Virus record (IMG/VR): IMGVR_UViG_3300020151_000838
Span: 1-26,912 of that record
Source: a virus
Lineage: Duplodnaviria; Caudoviricetes
Direction: 5' to 3' (one strand)
DNA: 26,912 nt
A model generated the notes under the pieces. The model saw only the letters and a program-made list of their open reading frames with translations, was not told the DNA's origin and did not search any database. Positions 18,707-25,467 of this stretch are shown one piece after another. Both the position numbers and the translations under genes were made by a program. Numbering within the stretch: position 1 is the stretch's first letter; the number at the start of each line of letters is the position of its first letter.

Positions 18707-18850
18707 GTTGAGGGGCTTTCACCGATTCGCTAATCATGAACACACACCCAAGCATCAGTAATCTATGTCAGCCCCTCGTTGACATTTTAGGGTGGGGTGT
18801 ATGCGATGGGTATTATCGTCTTTGACAACCGCCCCCATCTTGGCGGTATT
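18707..18850 (-). other. Structured intergenic element
   Basis: Long imperfect hairpin closed by GAGGGGCT/AGCCCCTC (18710-18777), with further dyads at 18790-18847. Confidence 0.45.
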
Positions 18851-18851
18851 C

Positions 18852-19034
18852 TTATTCACGTCCCTGTTTAAATTCACTTAACGCTTTATATGCGTTATCC
18901 CAAATTAGTTTAGCACCAGCATCTTTTCTATTACCGTTCCTCGCAGAACAAAGGGAAGGGGAAGGGGAAAACTCCTGCAAAAGACGCTCAAACGCTTTTA
19001 TCATCGCAGCTTCTTTTTCACATTTATTAGGCAT
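18852..19034 (-). CDS. Hypothetical protein (60 aa)
   Basis: TAATG-coupled within the leftward operon. Confidence 0.55.
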   Translation of the reverse strand: MPNKCEKEAAMIKAFERLLQEFSPSPSLCSARNGNRKDAGAKLIWDNAYKALSEFKQGRE

Positions 19035-19144
19035 TATTTAACCCCAAAAAGATAACCGATTGACAATAGTAAAAAACAATAAAATATCATACTAAAAGCA
19101 TTACTTGCGAAATCACTCCAAATCCGATGAGGTGAGTTTAACAT
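19034..19144 (-). CDS. 36-aa membrane peptide (MLNSPHRIWSDFASNAFSMIFYCFLLLSIGYLFGVK)
   Basis: Fills the gap between neighbours and overlaps both. Hydrophobic C-terminal half. Read by hand. Confidence 0.5.
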   Translation of the reverse strand: MLNSPHRIWSDFASNAFSMIFYCFLLLSIGYLFGVK

Positions 19145-19380
19145 GTCTTGTTACCCCCAATCCACGTTACTTTCAAAGCATTGCCTACACCAAAGCCCAC
19201 ACCCTCAAGCTTGACCGTTTTATCAACATCACGCAAATATATTATACGCTCTTTTACGGATTCTGGGACTTTGTCCGTTTCAGGAAAATATAACTCCCCA
19301 TCGGTTTTTAGTCTCGTTTCCCAATTCAGTTTCTCGTGCTTGCGGTTTTCTGTTTCTATGCAGTTGGATGTGTCTTTCAT
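19138..19380 (-). CDS. Hypothetical protein (80 aa)
   Basis: AAGGGG RBS, tightly packed in the operon. Confidence 0.6.
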   Translation of the reverse strand: MKDTSNCIETENRKHEKLNWETRLKTDGELYFPETDKVPESVKERIIYLRDVDKTVKLEGVGFGVGNALKVTWIGGNKTC

Positions 19381-19381
19381 G

Positions 19382-20191
19382 TTAATCCCCTTTGTTTAAG
19401 TTATTATATTCTCTGCCATCTGGCTTTACTGGCATAACCAAATCTATACCATGAGTTTCTTTCGCATAATGTAGAATATCTTGTGCATATAAATCCCCCC
19501 ATGTATCGGTTTCTAATTCAGTTGTAGACCTGCCTTCTAGTATCAGCACCTTCAATATCTCATGTATAGCGTTAATCCTTGCCTGACTCGCTGTCATTTT
19601 TGCCATCTTTATAGAATAATCAAACAACATTCTCGACAATATCATCGGGTCTTTTTCTATAAACTCATCTATTTGTTGGTATAACAACCATTGTGCGTTA
19701 TTCTGTTTTAGCGTTCTTTTCTTCGCATTTGAAACTACTATCCGTGCTAACCTAGCTTTACCATCTACCCATCTACGTTTTATCCCCAAGACTACAGCGT
19801 CCAGCATTTCAGGAAAATTAATCTCATAAGTGCGTTTAGTGTCTTTCTTGTAAATCTCGTATTCAATAGGTTTTTTTCCATTTATCCAATTTGCAAGCAT
19901 CTGGTTTGAGGCTTCGTCCAAAAACTCACGCAGATTAGGTGTTTCACCTTTTCCGTGCATCAGTACCGTATGCACCTCGTTTATTGTTGGTACGCCACTG
20001 TATAGCGTTTTAAGTGCCATTCCAGAGCCTCTATCTACTCTATTGACGTGAGCATACACTGAACGTCCTACGCCATTATGCACACGGTCAAAAAGCTGGG
20101 TGAATACGCAAGGAAACTGCCTTACATAATCCTGATACTCATCATCAGAGCCTTTAGCTTGTGCTTTCTGCAATAATTGCTCTGGTATCAT
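19382..20191 (-). CDS. DUF968-like / NinB-like fusion protein
   Basis: N-terminal YQDYVRQFPC...AHV..GSGMALK...VP...H...H resembles DUF968/HNH-like domains. C-terminal KRTLKQNNAQW...RSTTEL...GIDL resembles NinB. Confidence 0.6.
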   Translation of the reverse strand: MIPEQLLQKAQAKGSDDEYQDYVRQFPCVFTQLFDRVHNGVGRSVYAHVNRVDRGSGMALKTLYSGVPTINEVHTVLMHGKGETPNLREFLDEASNQMLANWINGKKPIEYEIYKKDTKRTYEINFPEMLDAVVLGIKRRWVDGKARLARIVVSNAKKRTLKQNNAQWLLYQQIDEFIEKDPMILSRMLFDYSIKMAKMTASQARINAIHEILKVLILEGRSTTELETDTWGDLYAQDILHYAKETHGIDLVMPVKPDGREYNNLNKGD

Positions 20192-20209
20192 AACTTACCT
20201 ATTAAATTA

Positions 20210-20343
20210 GTGGGTGGTGGCAAGGACTCGAACCTTGCTGCTACCCCATCTCACTGCACCAGCTTTCTACCGCACGGAATCGAACCGCAACAACGAGGTC
20301 TGTTTGTGACGTGCTACACCTGATACACGATTTCACCGCCCAC
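20210..20343 (-). ncRNA. tRNA-like structured RNA with two T-loop arms (not a canonical tRNA)
   Basis: Terminal stem GTGGGCGGTG/CACCACCCAC (9 of 10 pairs). T-arms TGCGG-TTCGATT-CCGTG (20273-20289) and GCAAGG-TTCGAGT-CCTTGC (20220-20238). Confidence 0.6.
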
Positions 20344-20369
20344 ATTACACCCTTTCGGGTATTCTTATT

Positions 20370-20657
20370 TTACGACCGTGACCGTGACCGTGACCGTGAC
20401 CCTGACCTTGACCCTGACCGTGACCGTGACACTGACCCTGACCCTGATTCTGACCCTGACCCTGACCCTGACACTGACACTGACCGTGACCCTGACCCTG
20501 ACCGTGACCGTGACCCTGACCCTGACCGTGACCGTGACCATGACCCTGCCCCTGATTCTGACCGTGACCATGACCGTGACCATGACCCTGACCCTGACCA
20601 TGACACTGACCGTGACCGTGACAAATCGTACCCAGTTCTTAATATCGCCTGATTCAT
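20370..20657 (-). CDS. Ser-Arg/Ser-Gly dipeptide-repeat protein (95 aa)
   Basis: The ATG overlaps the upstream TAA (TAATG). A unique 12-aa leader MNQAILRTGYDL precedes the (S-X)n repeat, and the stop falls exactly at the repeat end. Confidence 0.7.
   Translation of the reverse strand: MNQAILRTGYDLSRSRSVSWSGSGSWSRSWSRSESGAGSWSRSRSGSGSRSRSGSGSRSVSVSGSGSGSESGSGSVSRSRSGSRSGSRSRSRSRS
20373..20621. repeat. Degenerate hexanucleotide tandem repeat (TGACCN on +, TCANGG on -), about 41 units
   Basis: Directly visible run of gaccgt/gaccct/gaccat/gacact units. Confidence 0.97.
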
Positions 20658-20989
20658 TATTTTTGCTCTCTAGGTAATGCTTTTGTCCATATAACAGCGT
20701 CAATTATTGCACCACGTCCCACTATAACTTCGCCTTCGGGGAATGGCTCGACCTCGCCCAATTGTCCAGTTAGTAGACAATCAGAAAATCTTGAGGTATC
20801 CGCTATCCAAGCCGCTGAAGATAAGACAAGCTCTTTTTCACCAACTTTTTCTAAACGCCCAATATCAATCATAGTAACTGTTCTGATTAAATAAGCCTTG
20901 CCTATTTTATAAGGGTGCTCCTCCGTTTGTACAGGCTTGTCGTCACACTTTAATAGAGACGCAATTTTAATTAAATCATCAATATTCAT
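20657..20989 (-). CDS. Sm/LSm-like fold protein (putative)
   Basis: IGKAYLIRT...IGRLEKVGEKELVLSSAAW resembles Sm1 (G.L...nlvL.da), and EVIVGRGAIIDAVI resembles Sm2 (viIRG.nI..i). AAGGA RBS. Confidence 0.55.
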   Translation of the reverse strand: MNIDDLIKIASLLKCDDKPVQTEEHPYKIGKAYLIRTVTMIDIGRLEKVGEKELVLSSAAWIADTSRFSDCLLTGQLGEVEPFPEGEVIVGRGAIIDAVIWTKALPREQK

Positions 20990-21230
20990 TTTATTTTCCT
21001 TTGTTTAAATTGTTGGTATTCTTATTTTTTACCATTTATAAGCTGTTCGTAGGCTTCTAAACTAATTATAACTACTTTCCCTGCACCTACCGTAGTATCC
21101 GCAGGAGCGACTAGAACTATCTCAATCAAATCATCGTCTTGACCTTCTGGATAAAAATCCGCATGACTAATTTCAGCAAATATTGGCTTCATTTTATTTT
21201 CCGTTGTTTAAATTGTTGGTATTCTTATTT
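20985..21230. repeat. 43-bp direct repeat pair flanking a small gene
   Basis: TTCATTTTATTTTCC(T/G)TTGTTTAAATTGTTGGTATTCTTATTT at 20985-21027 and 21188-21230, 42 of 43 identical. Confidence 0.95.
21022..21192 (-). CDS. 56-aa acidic hypothetical protein (MKPIFAEISHADFYPEGQDDDLIEIVLVAP...)
   Basis: Start and stop both lie inside the 43-bp repeats. Read by hand. Confidence 0.7.
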   Translation of the reverse strand: MKPIFAEISHADFYPEGQDDDLIEIVLVAPADTTVGAGKVVIISLEAYEQLINGKK

Positions 21231-21234
21231 GCAA

Positions 21235-21663
21235 CTAAAATGGCAATTCATCGTCCAAATCTTCCTGATACGCATTACCTTTATCTACAGTGTGTTTGGC
21301 TGTAGCTGTATCGCCCCGTGTATCAAGTAAAACTAAACTTGCACCGAAGCCCTGCAAAACTATTTCAGTAGAATACTTATCTTGTCCGTTTTGGTCTTGC
21401 CATTTACGAGTTTGCAACGCACCCTCAATGTAGACTTTAGAGCCTTTTTTGAGATAACTCTTCACAACGCCCACAAGCCCCTCATTGAAGATAACCACTT
21501 TATGCCATTCGGTTTTCTCCTTGCGTTCGCCTGTGGTTTTATCTTTCCATGACTCACTTGTGCCTATAGATAAATTAGCAATCTCTTTACCGTTCTGCAT
21601 ACTCCGTATATCAGGGTCTTTTCCTAAGTTGCCTAGAATCATTACTTTATTTACTGATGCCAT
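21235..21663 (-). CDS. ssb: Single-stranded DNA-binding protein
   Basis: [15 protein letters not shown]...TEWH.VV...[14 protein letters not shown], with an acidic DDELPF tail. Confidence 0.97.
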   Translation of the reverse strand: MASVNKVMILGNLGKDPDIRSMQNGKEIANLSIGTSESWKDKTTGERKEKTEWHKVVIFNEGLVGVVKSYLKKGSKVYIEGALQTRKWQDQNGQDKYSTEIVLQGFGASLVLLDTRGDTATAKHTVDKGNAYQEDLDDELPF

Positions 21664-21665
21664 AT

Positions 21666-22274
21666 CTATCCTAATTTTATATTGTTATAAGCCTTAATGT
21701 GCGACTCTATAATAAACTCGCACTTTTCTACATGCTCTTTTATTTCGTTAATATATTTTTCGTCCCTGTGTACCCTAATGATGTGGCAAGGATTGCTAAA
21801 ATTATCGTTATACAAGCAATAATCCCACCAGCTTCGCTCGCTAACCATCATATTAAATTGGCACTGCGTTTTATGTGCTGGCTCAATATAGTTTTTTATC
21901 ACCGCATATAAATGCGTATGATTATCTTTGCATTTTATTTCTAATCCACCGTCTAATCCTATTAATCCATCAGGTGACGAGCCTAGTGTCGGGCTATATT
22001 CAATGAAGCCAACTTCATCAACGTCAACCATGTTAAGAACCGCATATAACTGCCTTGCCGCATCTTCCTTTTCATGCCCTCGCTCTGTGTGGATATTTGA
22101 AAACCTATCAGAATCACTAGCTTTACCTGTAATTCTTTCGGACGCTTTCTTTAGTAATATATTAGCTTTAGTGCCACCCTCACCCATTAACGTATGAAAA
22201 TCGCTGGCGGTTATCTTGCCCACTCTTAAATCTAACCAATCCTGAGTTCCCTGCTCAATATTATGTATTATCAT
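21666..22274 (-). CDS. YqaJ / lambda exonuclease family protein
   Basis: [37 protein letters not shown] and QCQFNM motifs. Confidence 0.92.
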   Translation of the reverse strand: MIIHNIEQGTQDWLDLRVGKITASDFHTLMGEGGTKANILLKKASERITGKASDSDRFSNIHTERGHEKEDAARQLYAVLNMVDVDEVGFIEYSPTLGSSPDGLIGLDGGLEIKCKDNHTHLYAVIKNYIEPAHKTQCQFNMMVSERSWWDYCLYNDNFSNPCHIIRVHRDEKYINEIKEHVEKCEFIIESHIKAYNNIKLG

Positions 22275-22924
22275 TTATTAAATCCTTTCTTTTTATCAAC
22301 AAATAAAGCTTCTATTTTTATATAATTTTCTTTATTAATTTTCTTTATTTTAGCAATATCCACAGCATTAGTAGCCCAGATTGAATTAATAGCTTCTAAC
22401 GTAGTAGCCTTATCAAGAGCTTTTTCAATATTATCTATGATAATAGATAAGCGGTTTTGCTCTTTATCGTACTTGTCCATATCAACAACATTTTTCTTCG
22501 TCTTATCGTACAAAGCTAAGCCAAACACATTACCAAACAACCGCAAAGCTCTCTTAGTCGCATCAGTTTCAGCTTCTTTTGCCGCCCCCTCTATGCAAGA
22601 AAATAAATCTTTTGCAATTCCACTACCGTGTCCAGTTCCCTCTCTCGCTAGTTCGCCAATGGTTATACGCACCTTTGCCTCGTAGCCTACTTTAAAACCA
22701 TTATCTCCGTTATTACCAATCTTCTTTTCTTGTCTACATACTTCCCGATTATATACAGTCTCTAAACTCCAGCCTCCAAAGCCAAATATTCTGTTTGCCT
22801 CGCTAATAACGTGATAACCTTCAACATATTGTGCCTTACTTCCCTCCGTTAGTTTTTTTACGGCTTTTTCATCTAAAGGCTTTTCTAACTCCTTTATTGT
22901 TTTATCGTCAAAAATATTACTCAT
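22271..22924 (-). CDS. sak: Rad52/Rad22-family single-strand annealing protein (Sak)
   Basis: YVEGYHVISEANRIFGFGGWS, REGTGHG and AKEAETDATKRALRLFGNVFGLALYDK motifs. Confidence 0.92.
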   Translation of the reverse strand: MSNIFDDKTIKELEKPLDEKAVKKLTEGSKAQYVEGYHVISEANRIFGFGGWSLETVYNREVCRQEKKIGNNGDNGFKVGYEAKVRITIGELAREGTGHGSGIAKDLFSCIEGAAKEAETDATKRALRLFGNVFGLALYDKTKKNVVDMDKYDKEQNRLSIIIDNIEKALDKATTLEAINSIWATNAVDIAKIKKINKENYIKIEALFVDKKKGFNK

Positions 22925-22965
22925 TTTACCCCTATAAATTTAATTAGATTCCGCACTGTATTTGT

Positions 22966-23379
22966 TCATTCTAGTACTATGTATTCTGTTATTACTCGCT
23001 GATACTTATCGTCAAGCCCCCAAAGACGGTTGTAATGTCTTTTGAGTAATTTTAACGCTCCGTCATCTAATCGCCCAATAGCTGCTTTATATTCTGGTCT
23101 TACCCCTGTATTTTTCACCCACTGAAGGCTAGGCTCTTTTAGGTAGTAAAGCATATCTTTTGCTAAACTTTTAAAACCATCATCGTGCATATACTCAACT
23201 AAATATCGCTCAAGCTTATTAATACACTCTTCTTTGCTCGGACGTGCTGGCGGTGGGTATAGGGCTTCTTTTAAAATGTAGTATTCATCCCACGGCTTTA
23301 TTGCAGGGTCTTTAGCAATCTCGCTCTCAATGCGAGAAATATAAGCCTTCGCAGCTTCCACAACTTTATCTATTCCCAT
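22966..23379 (-). CDS. Hypothetical protein (137 aa)
   Basis: GAGGAG RBS, overlaps the upstream gene. Confidence 0.65.
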   Translation of the reverse strand: MGIDKVVEAAKAYISRIESEIAKDPAIKPWDEYYILKEALYPPPARPSKEECINKLERYLVEYMHDDGFKSLAKDMLYYLKEPSLQWVKNTGVRPEYKAAIGRLDDGALKLLKRHYNRLWGLDDKYQRVITEYIVLE

Positions 23380-23617
23380 TTTCTAACTCCTCATCAGTTG
23401 GTAACTCTACCGCATTAAAAACTGGCAGCGGTTTAAGATTCTCTAAAGGCTTTGTTAAATCCTCTACAGTTTCCACGCCACGCTCCGCCCAACCCATCCT
23501 AAAGAAATGCCTAGCCTCACCTTCTGTTATATCGTACTGCTCGCCTTTTACAAACCGCTTAACCACATGACCATCTTCCGACCCCATGCGAGTTTGTAGC
23601 ATTTTTACTAATGTCAT
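23366..23617 (-). CDS. Hypothetical protein (83 aa), first gene of the leftward operon
   Basis: AAGG RBS, just downstream of the leftward promoter. Confidence 0.7.
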   Translation of the reverse strand: MTLVKMLQTRMGSEDGHVVKRFVKGEQYDITEGEARHFFRMGWAERGVETVEDLTKPLENLKPLPVFNAVELPTDEELENGNR

Positions 23618-23650
23618 AACCTTGCCCCTTTATTTATTTTCCGTAAGCCA

Positions 23651-23679
23651 AGAATACACACTAGCTACAACACTGTCAA
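23651..23679 (-). promoter_or_regulatory. Leftward early promoter
   Basis: Minus strand TTGACA, 17 bp, TATTCT, with TGTG just before the -10. Confidence 0.75.
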
Positions 23680-23729
23680 CAATTAATTATAGTTTTCTTT
23701 AAAAATATTTAAAGTTATCACTAAAAAGA

Positions 23730-23758
23730 TTGACGCTATATATATATTACATTATTAT
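23730..23758 (+). promoter_or_regulatory. Rightward early promoter
   Basis: TTGACG, 17 bp, TATTAT, an AT-rich UP region, then an AAGGAGG RBS. Confidence 0.75.
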
Positions 23759-23782
23759 AACGCCAACAATAAGGAGGACTAT

Positions 23783-23989
23783 ATGGAATTAAGAAAACTA
23801 CACAAAAAAGGCTTGGAAGCAATTGCTATATATAAGCGTGCAGGTTTATCGCAACGTGACGTTTACCGCAGGGCTGGCGTATCCGAGGGGAGTTTCAACA
23901 CTTATATGTATGAGCCAAAGAAACTAAAACCTTCCACAGTAGCTAAGATACTAAAAGTTTTAACGGAAATAAAAGAGGCGAATAAATAA
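23783..23989 (+). CDS. Cro-like HTH protein
   Basis: AGLSQRDVYRRAGVSEGSFNTY...PSTVAKI is an XRE-type HTH. First gene after the rightward promoter. Confidence 0.75.
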   Translation: MELRKLHKKGLEAIAIYKRAGLSQRDVYRRAGVSEGSFNTYMYEPKKLKPSTVAKILKVLTEIKEANK

Positions 23990-24204
23990 TGCCAGCAAAA
24001 ATGATTAAAATGGGCGATAAATACGTCATTATAAAAGCTTGTGATATGCTTGATTGCGATGCTGTGGCTTGCTTTGGAACAACAATAAAGGACGGCGATA
24101 AAATGGCAGCTCAAAACGTTTTAAAACGCTCTAAATTTGACAAGGTGTCAATGAAGGGTGATTTTCTGAGCTGGAATCATAAATACATAATGGAGGGGAA
24201 ATAA
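23989..24204 (+). CDS. Hypothetical protein (71 aa)
   Basis: TAATG coupling at both ends. Confidence 0.65.
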   Translation: MPAKMIKMGDKYVIIKACDMLDCDAVACFGTTIKDGDKMAAQNVLKRSKFDKVSMKGDFLSWNHKYIMEGK

Positions 24205-24608
24205 TGGCAGATATAACAATACAACTACCTTGGACAGACCCTGCTTTACTACCTAATGAAAGGAATAGCTGGGGCAAGTTTGCCAAAATAAACGGAAGTA
24301 GAAAAGCTAAAAAGCAACGTGCAGACGCATTTTATTTGACACGAGAAGCCCTTAACGGAAAAACACTGCCTGATAATATATTTAAGTGCATAATCCATAC
24401 TATTTATCACCCACCTACTGGAAGGGGTGGAGCGAGAGATGAAGATAACCGCAACGCTGCCCTCAAGTCGGCTTTTGATGGTATTGCTGACGCTCTAGGT
24501 GTTGACGATAGAATATTTAGCCACACATCGGAGTTAAGCAATAAAGTAGGGAGGGGTGTTATTTTTATAACAGTAAGAATATTTACAAAAGACGAGGAGT
24601 TAAAATAA
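24204..24608 (+). CDS. RusA-like Holliday junction resolvase
   Basis: LPW...LLPN, YHPP...RDEDN..AALKSAFDGIADALGVDD motifs. Confidence 0.8.
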   Translation: MADITIQLPWTDPALLPNERNSWGKFAKINGSRKAKKQRADAFYLTREALNGKTLPDNIFKCIIHTIYHPPTGRGGARDEDNRNAALKSAFDGIADALGVDDRIFSHTSELSNKVGRGVIFITVRIFTKDEELK

Positions 24609-25201
24609 TGATTGATGAGAAAGATATTAAGAAGCTGTTATGTGAGGGGTTCTGCTCTGGTATTAGCGTTTCGCAATCAGGCAAGTTAATAAACGTGTCT
24701 GTGCCATTTGAAATAGGAGGTGGCGACCCTGTAAATTTTTATGTAGTCCCGTTAGAGAATAATCTTTTTAGGATAGAAGATGACGGAAGTTTAATTCCGT
24801 TTCTATTGGCAAGTGGTGTAAATATTGAGGAAGGCACACGAGCTGAAGAATTTAATAACATACTTGATGCCTCTAGTGTTACATACAATAAAGAAACTGG
24901 AGAGTTGGCTAGTAAAGCGGTTTCTAGTTTAGAAATTGCAGATATTGTATTTCGATTTATTAATACTATTCTAAAGATAGATGCAATAAAAGCTCCTTTG
25001 CGACCTGACAATGTTTCCAGTATGTTTAAACAAGATGCACAGAATAAAATAACCGAGGCTTTTGGGGAAAAAGCAAGTATTACTTATCCAAGAACTTTTA
25101 TAGAAGGTGGTAAGGGCGTAATATTTAACTTGCACGGTACTGCATCAGAGGAAGAAATGCTTGCAGATGGTTGGGTAAAAATACCAGAGGAGTTAAAATA
25201 A
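24608..25201 (+). CDS. DUF1828-like domain protein
   Basis: VPFEIGGGDPVNFYV...FRIEDDGSL..L..SGV...TR...FNNIL matches the DUF1828 pattern (tPF...gD.i..y......isDdG.t...l...G). Confidence 0.6.
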   Translation: MIDEKDIKKLLCEGFCSGISVSQSGKLINVSVPFEIGGGDPVNFYVVPLENNLFRIEDDGSLIPFLLASGVNIEEGTRAEEFNNILDASSVTYNKETGELASKAVSSLEIADIVFRFINTILKIDAIKAPLRPDNVSSMFKQDAQNKITEAFGEKASITYPRTFIEGGKGVIFNLHGTASEEEMLADGWVKIPEELK

Positions 25202-25467
25202 TGAAATACGTTTATGTTAAAAATCGTAATACGTTAGACGTGGCAAGGCATGAGATTATTATAGGTGAGTTTGGCTTTTGCTACCCAGCTATACCAAGTG
25301 AGTTTGAAACTTTATCATACCACGAATACAGGGCTATAGTAAACGGCAAGCTTCAAGCCCAACTTGAGATTTTAGACCAAGAATACTCAAGATACCAAAA
25401 AGCTCATTACGAGGCTATGAAGGAGTTAAAAGCGAAGGAATTACCAATGGACGAGGTTACAGAATGA
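25201..25467 (+). CDS. Hypothetical protein, paralogue 1 (MKYVY...EVTE)
   Basis: Likely start ATG at 25201 (TAATG overlap, GAGGAG RBS). Confidence 0.7.
   Translation: MKYVYVKNRNTLDVARHEIIIGEFGFCYPAIPSEFETLSYHEYRAIVNGKLQAQLEILDQEYSRYQKAHYEAMKELKAKELPMDEVTE

Noticed and set aside
18710-18777. Hammerhead ribozyme (CTGATG...GAAA on the minus strand)
   Set aside because: The core is CTGATGC rather than CUGANGA, and the stem geometry does not fit.
20210-20290. Canonical tRNA or tmRNA gene
   Set aside because: No 7-bp acceptor, D and anticodon arrangement fits within 75-95 nt, there is no CCA end, and it is too short for tmRNA with no tag ORF.
20373-20621. Diversity-generating retroelement or CRISPR interpretation of the repeat
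   Set aside because: There is no reverse transcriptase or TR/VR pair in the window, the adenine of TCA is invariant, and there is no repeat-spacer organisation.
20311-20703. Alternative-frame ORFs over the hexamer repeat (poly-DR/DP, poly-TV/TL, poly-VT/VR)
   Set aside because: They are open only because the repeat lacks stops. They have no good RBS or coupling, overlap neighbouring features, and two are antisense to the operon.
25140-25180. Tad2/DUF2829-like motif (EEMLADGW)
   Set aside because: Only a few residues resemble the DMLAxDW tail, and the rest of the domain is absent.
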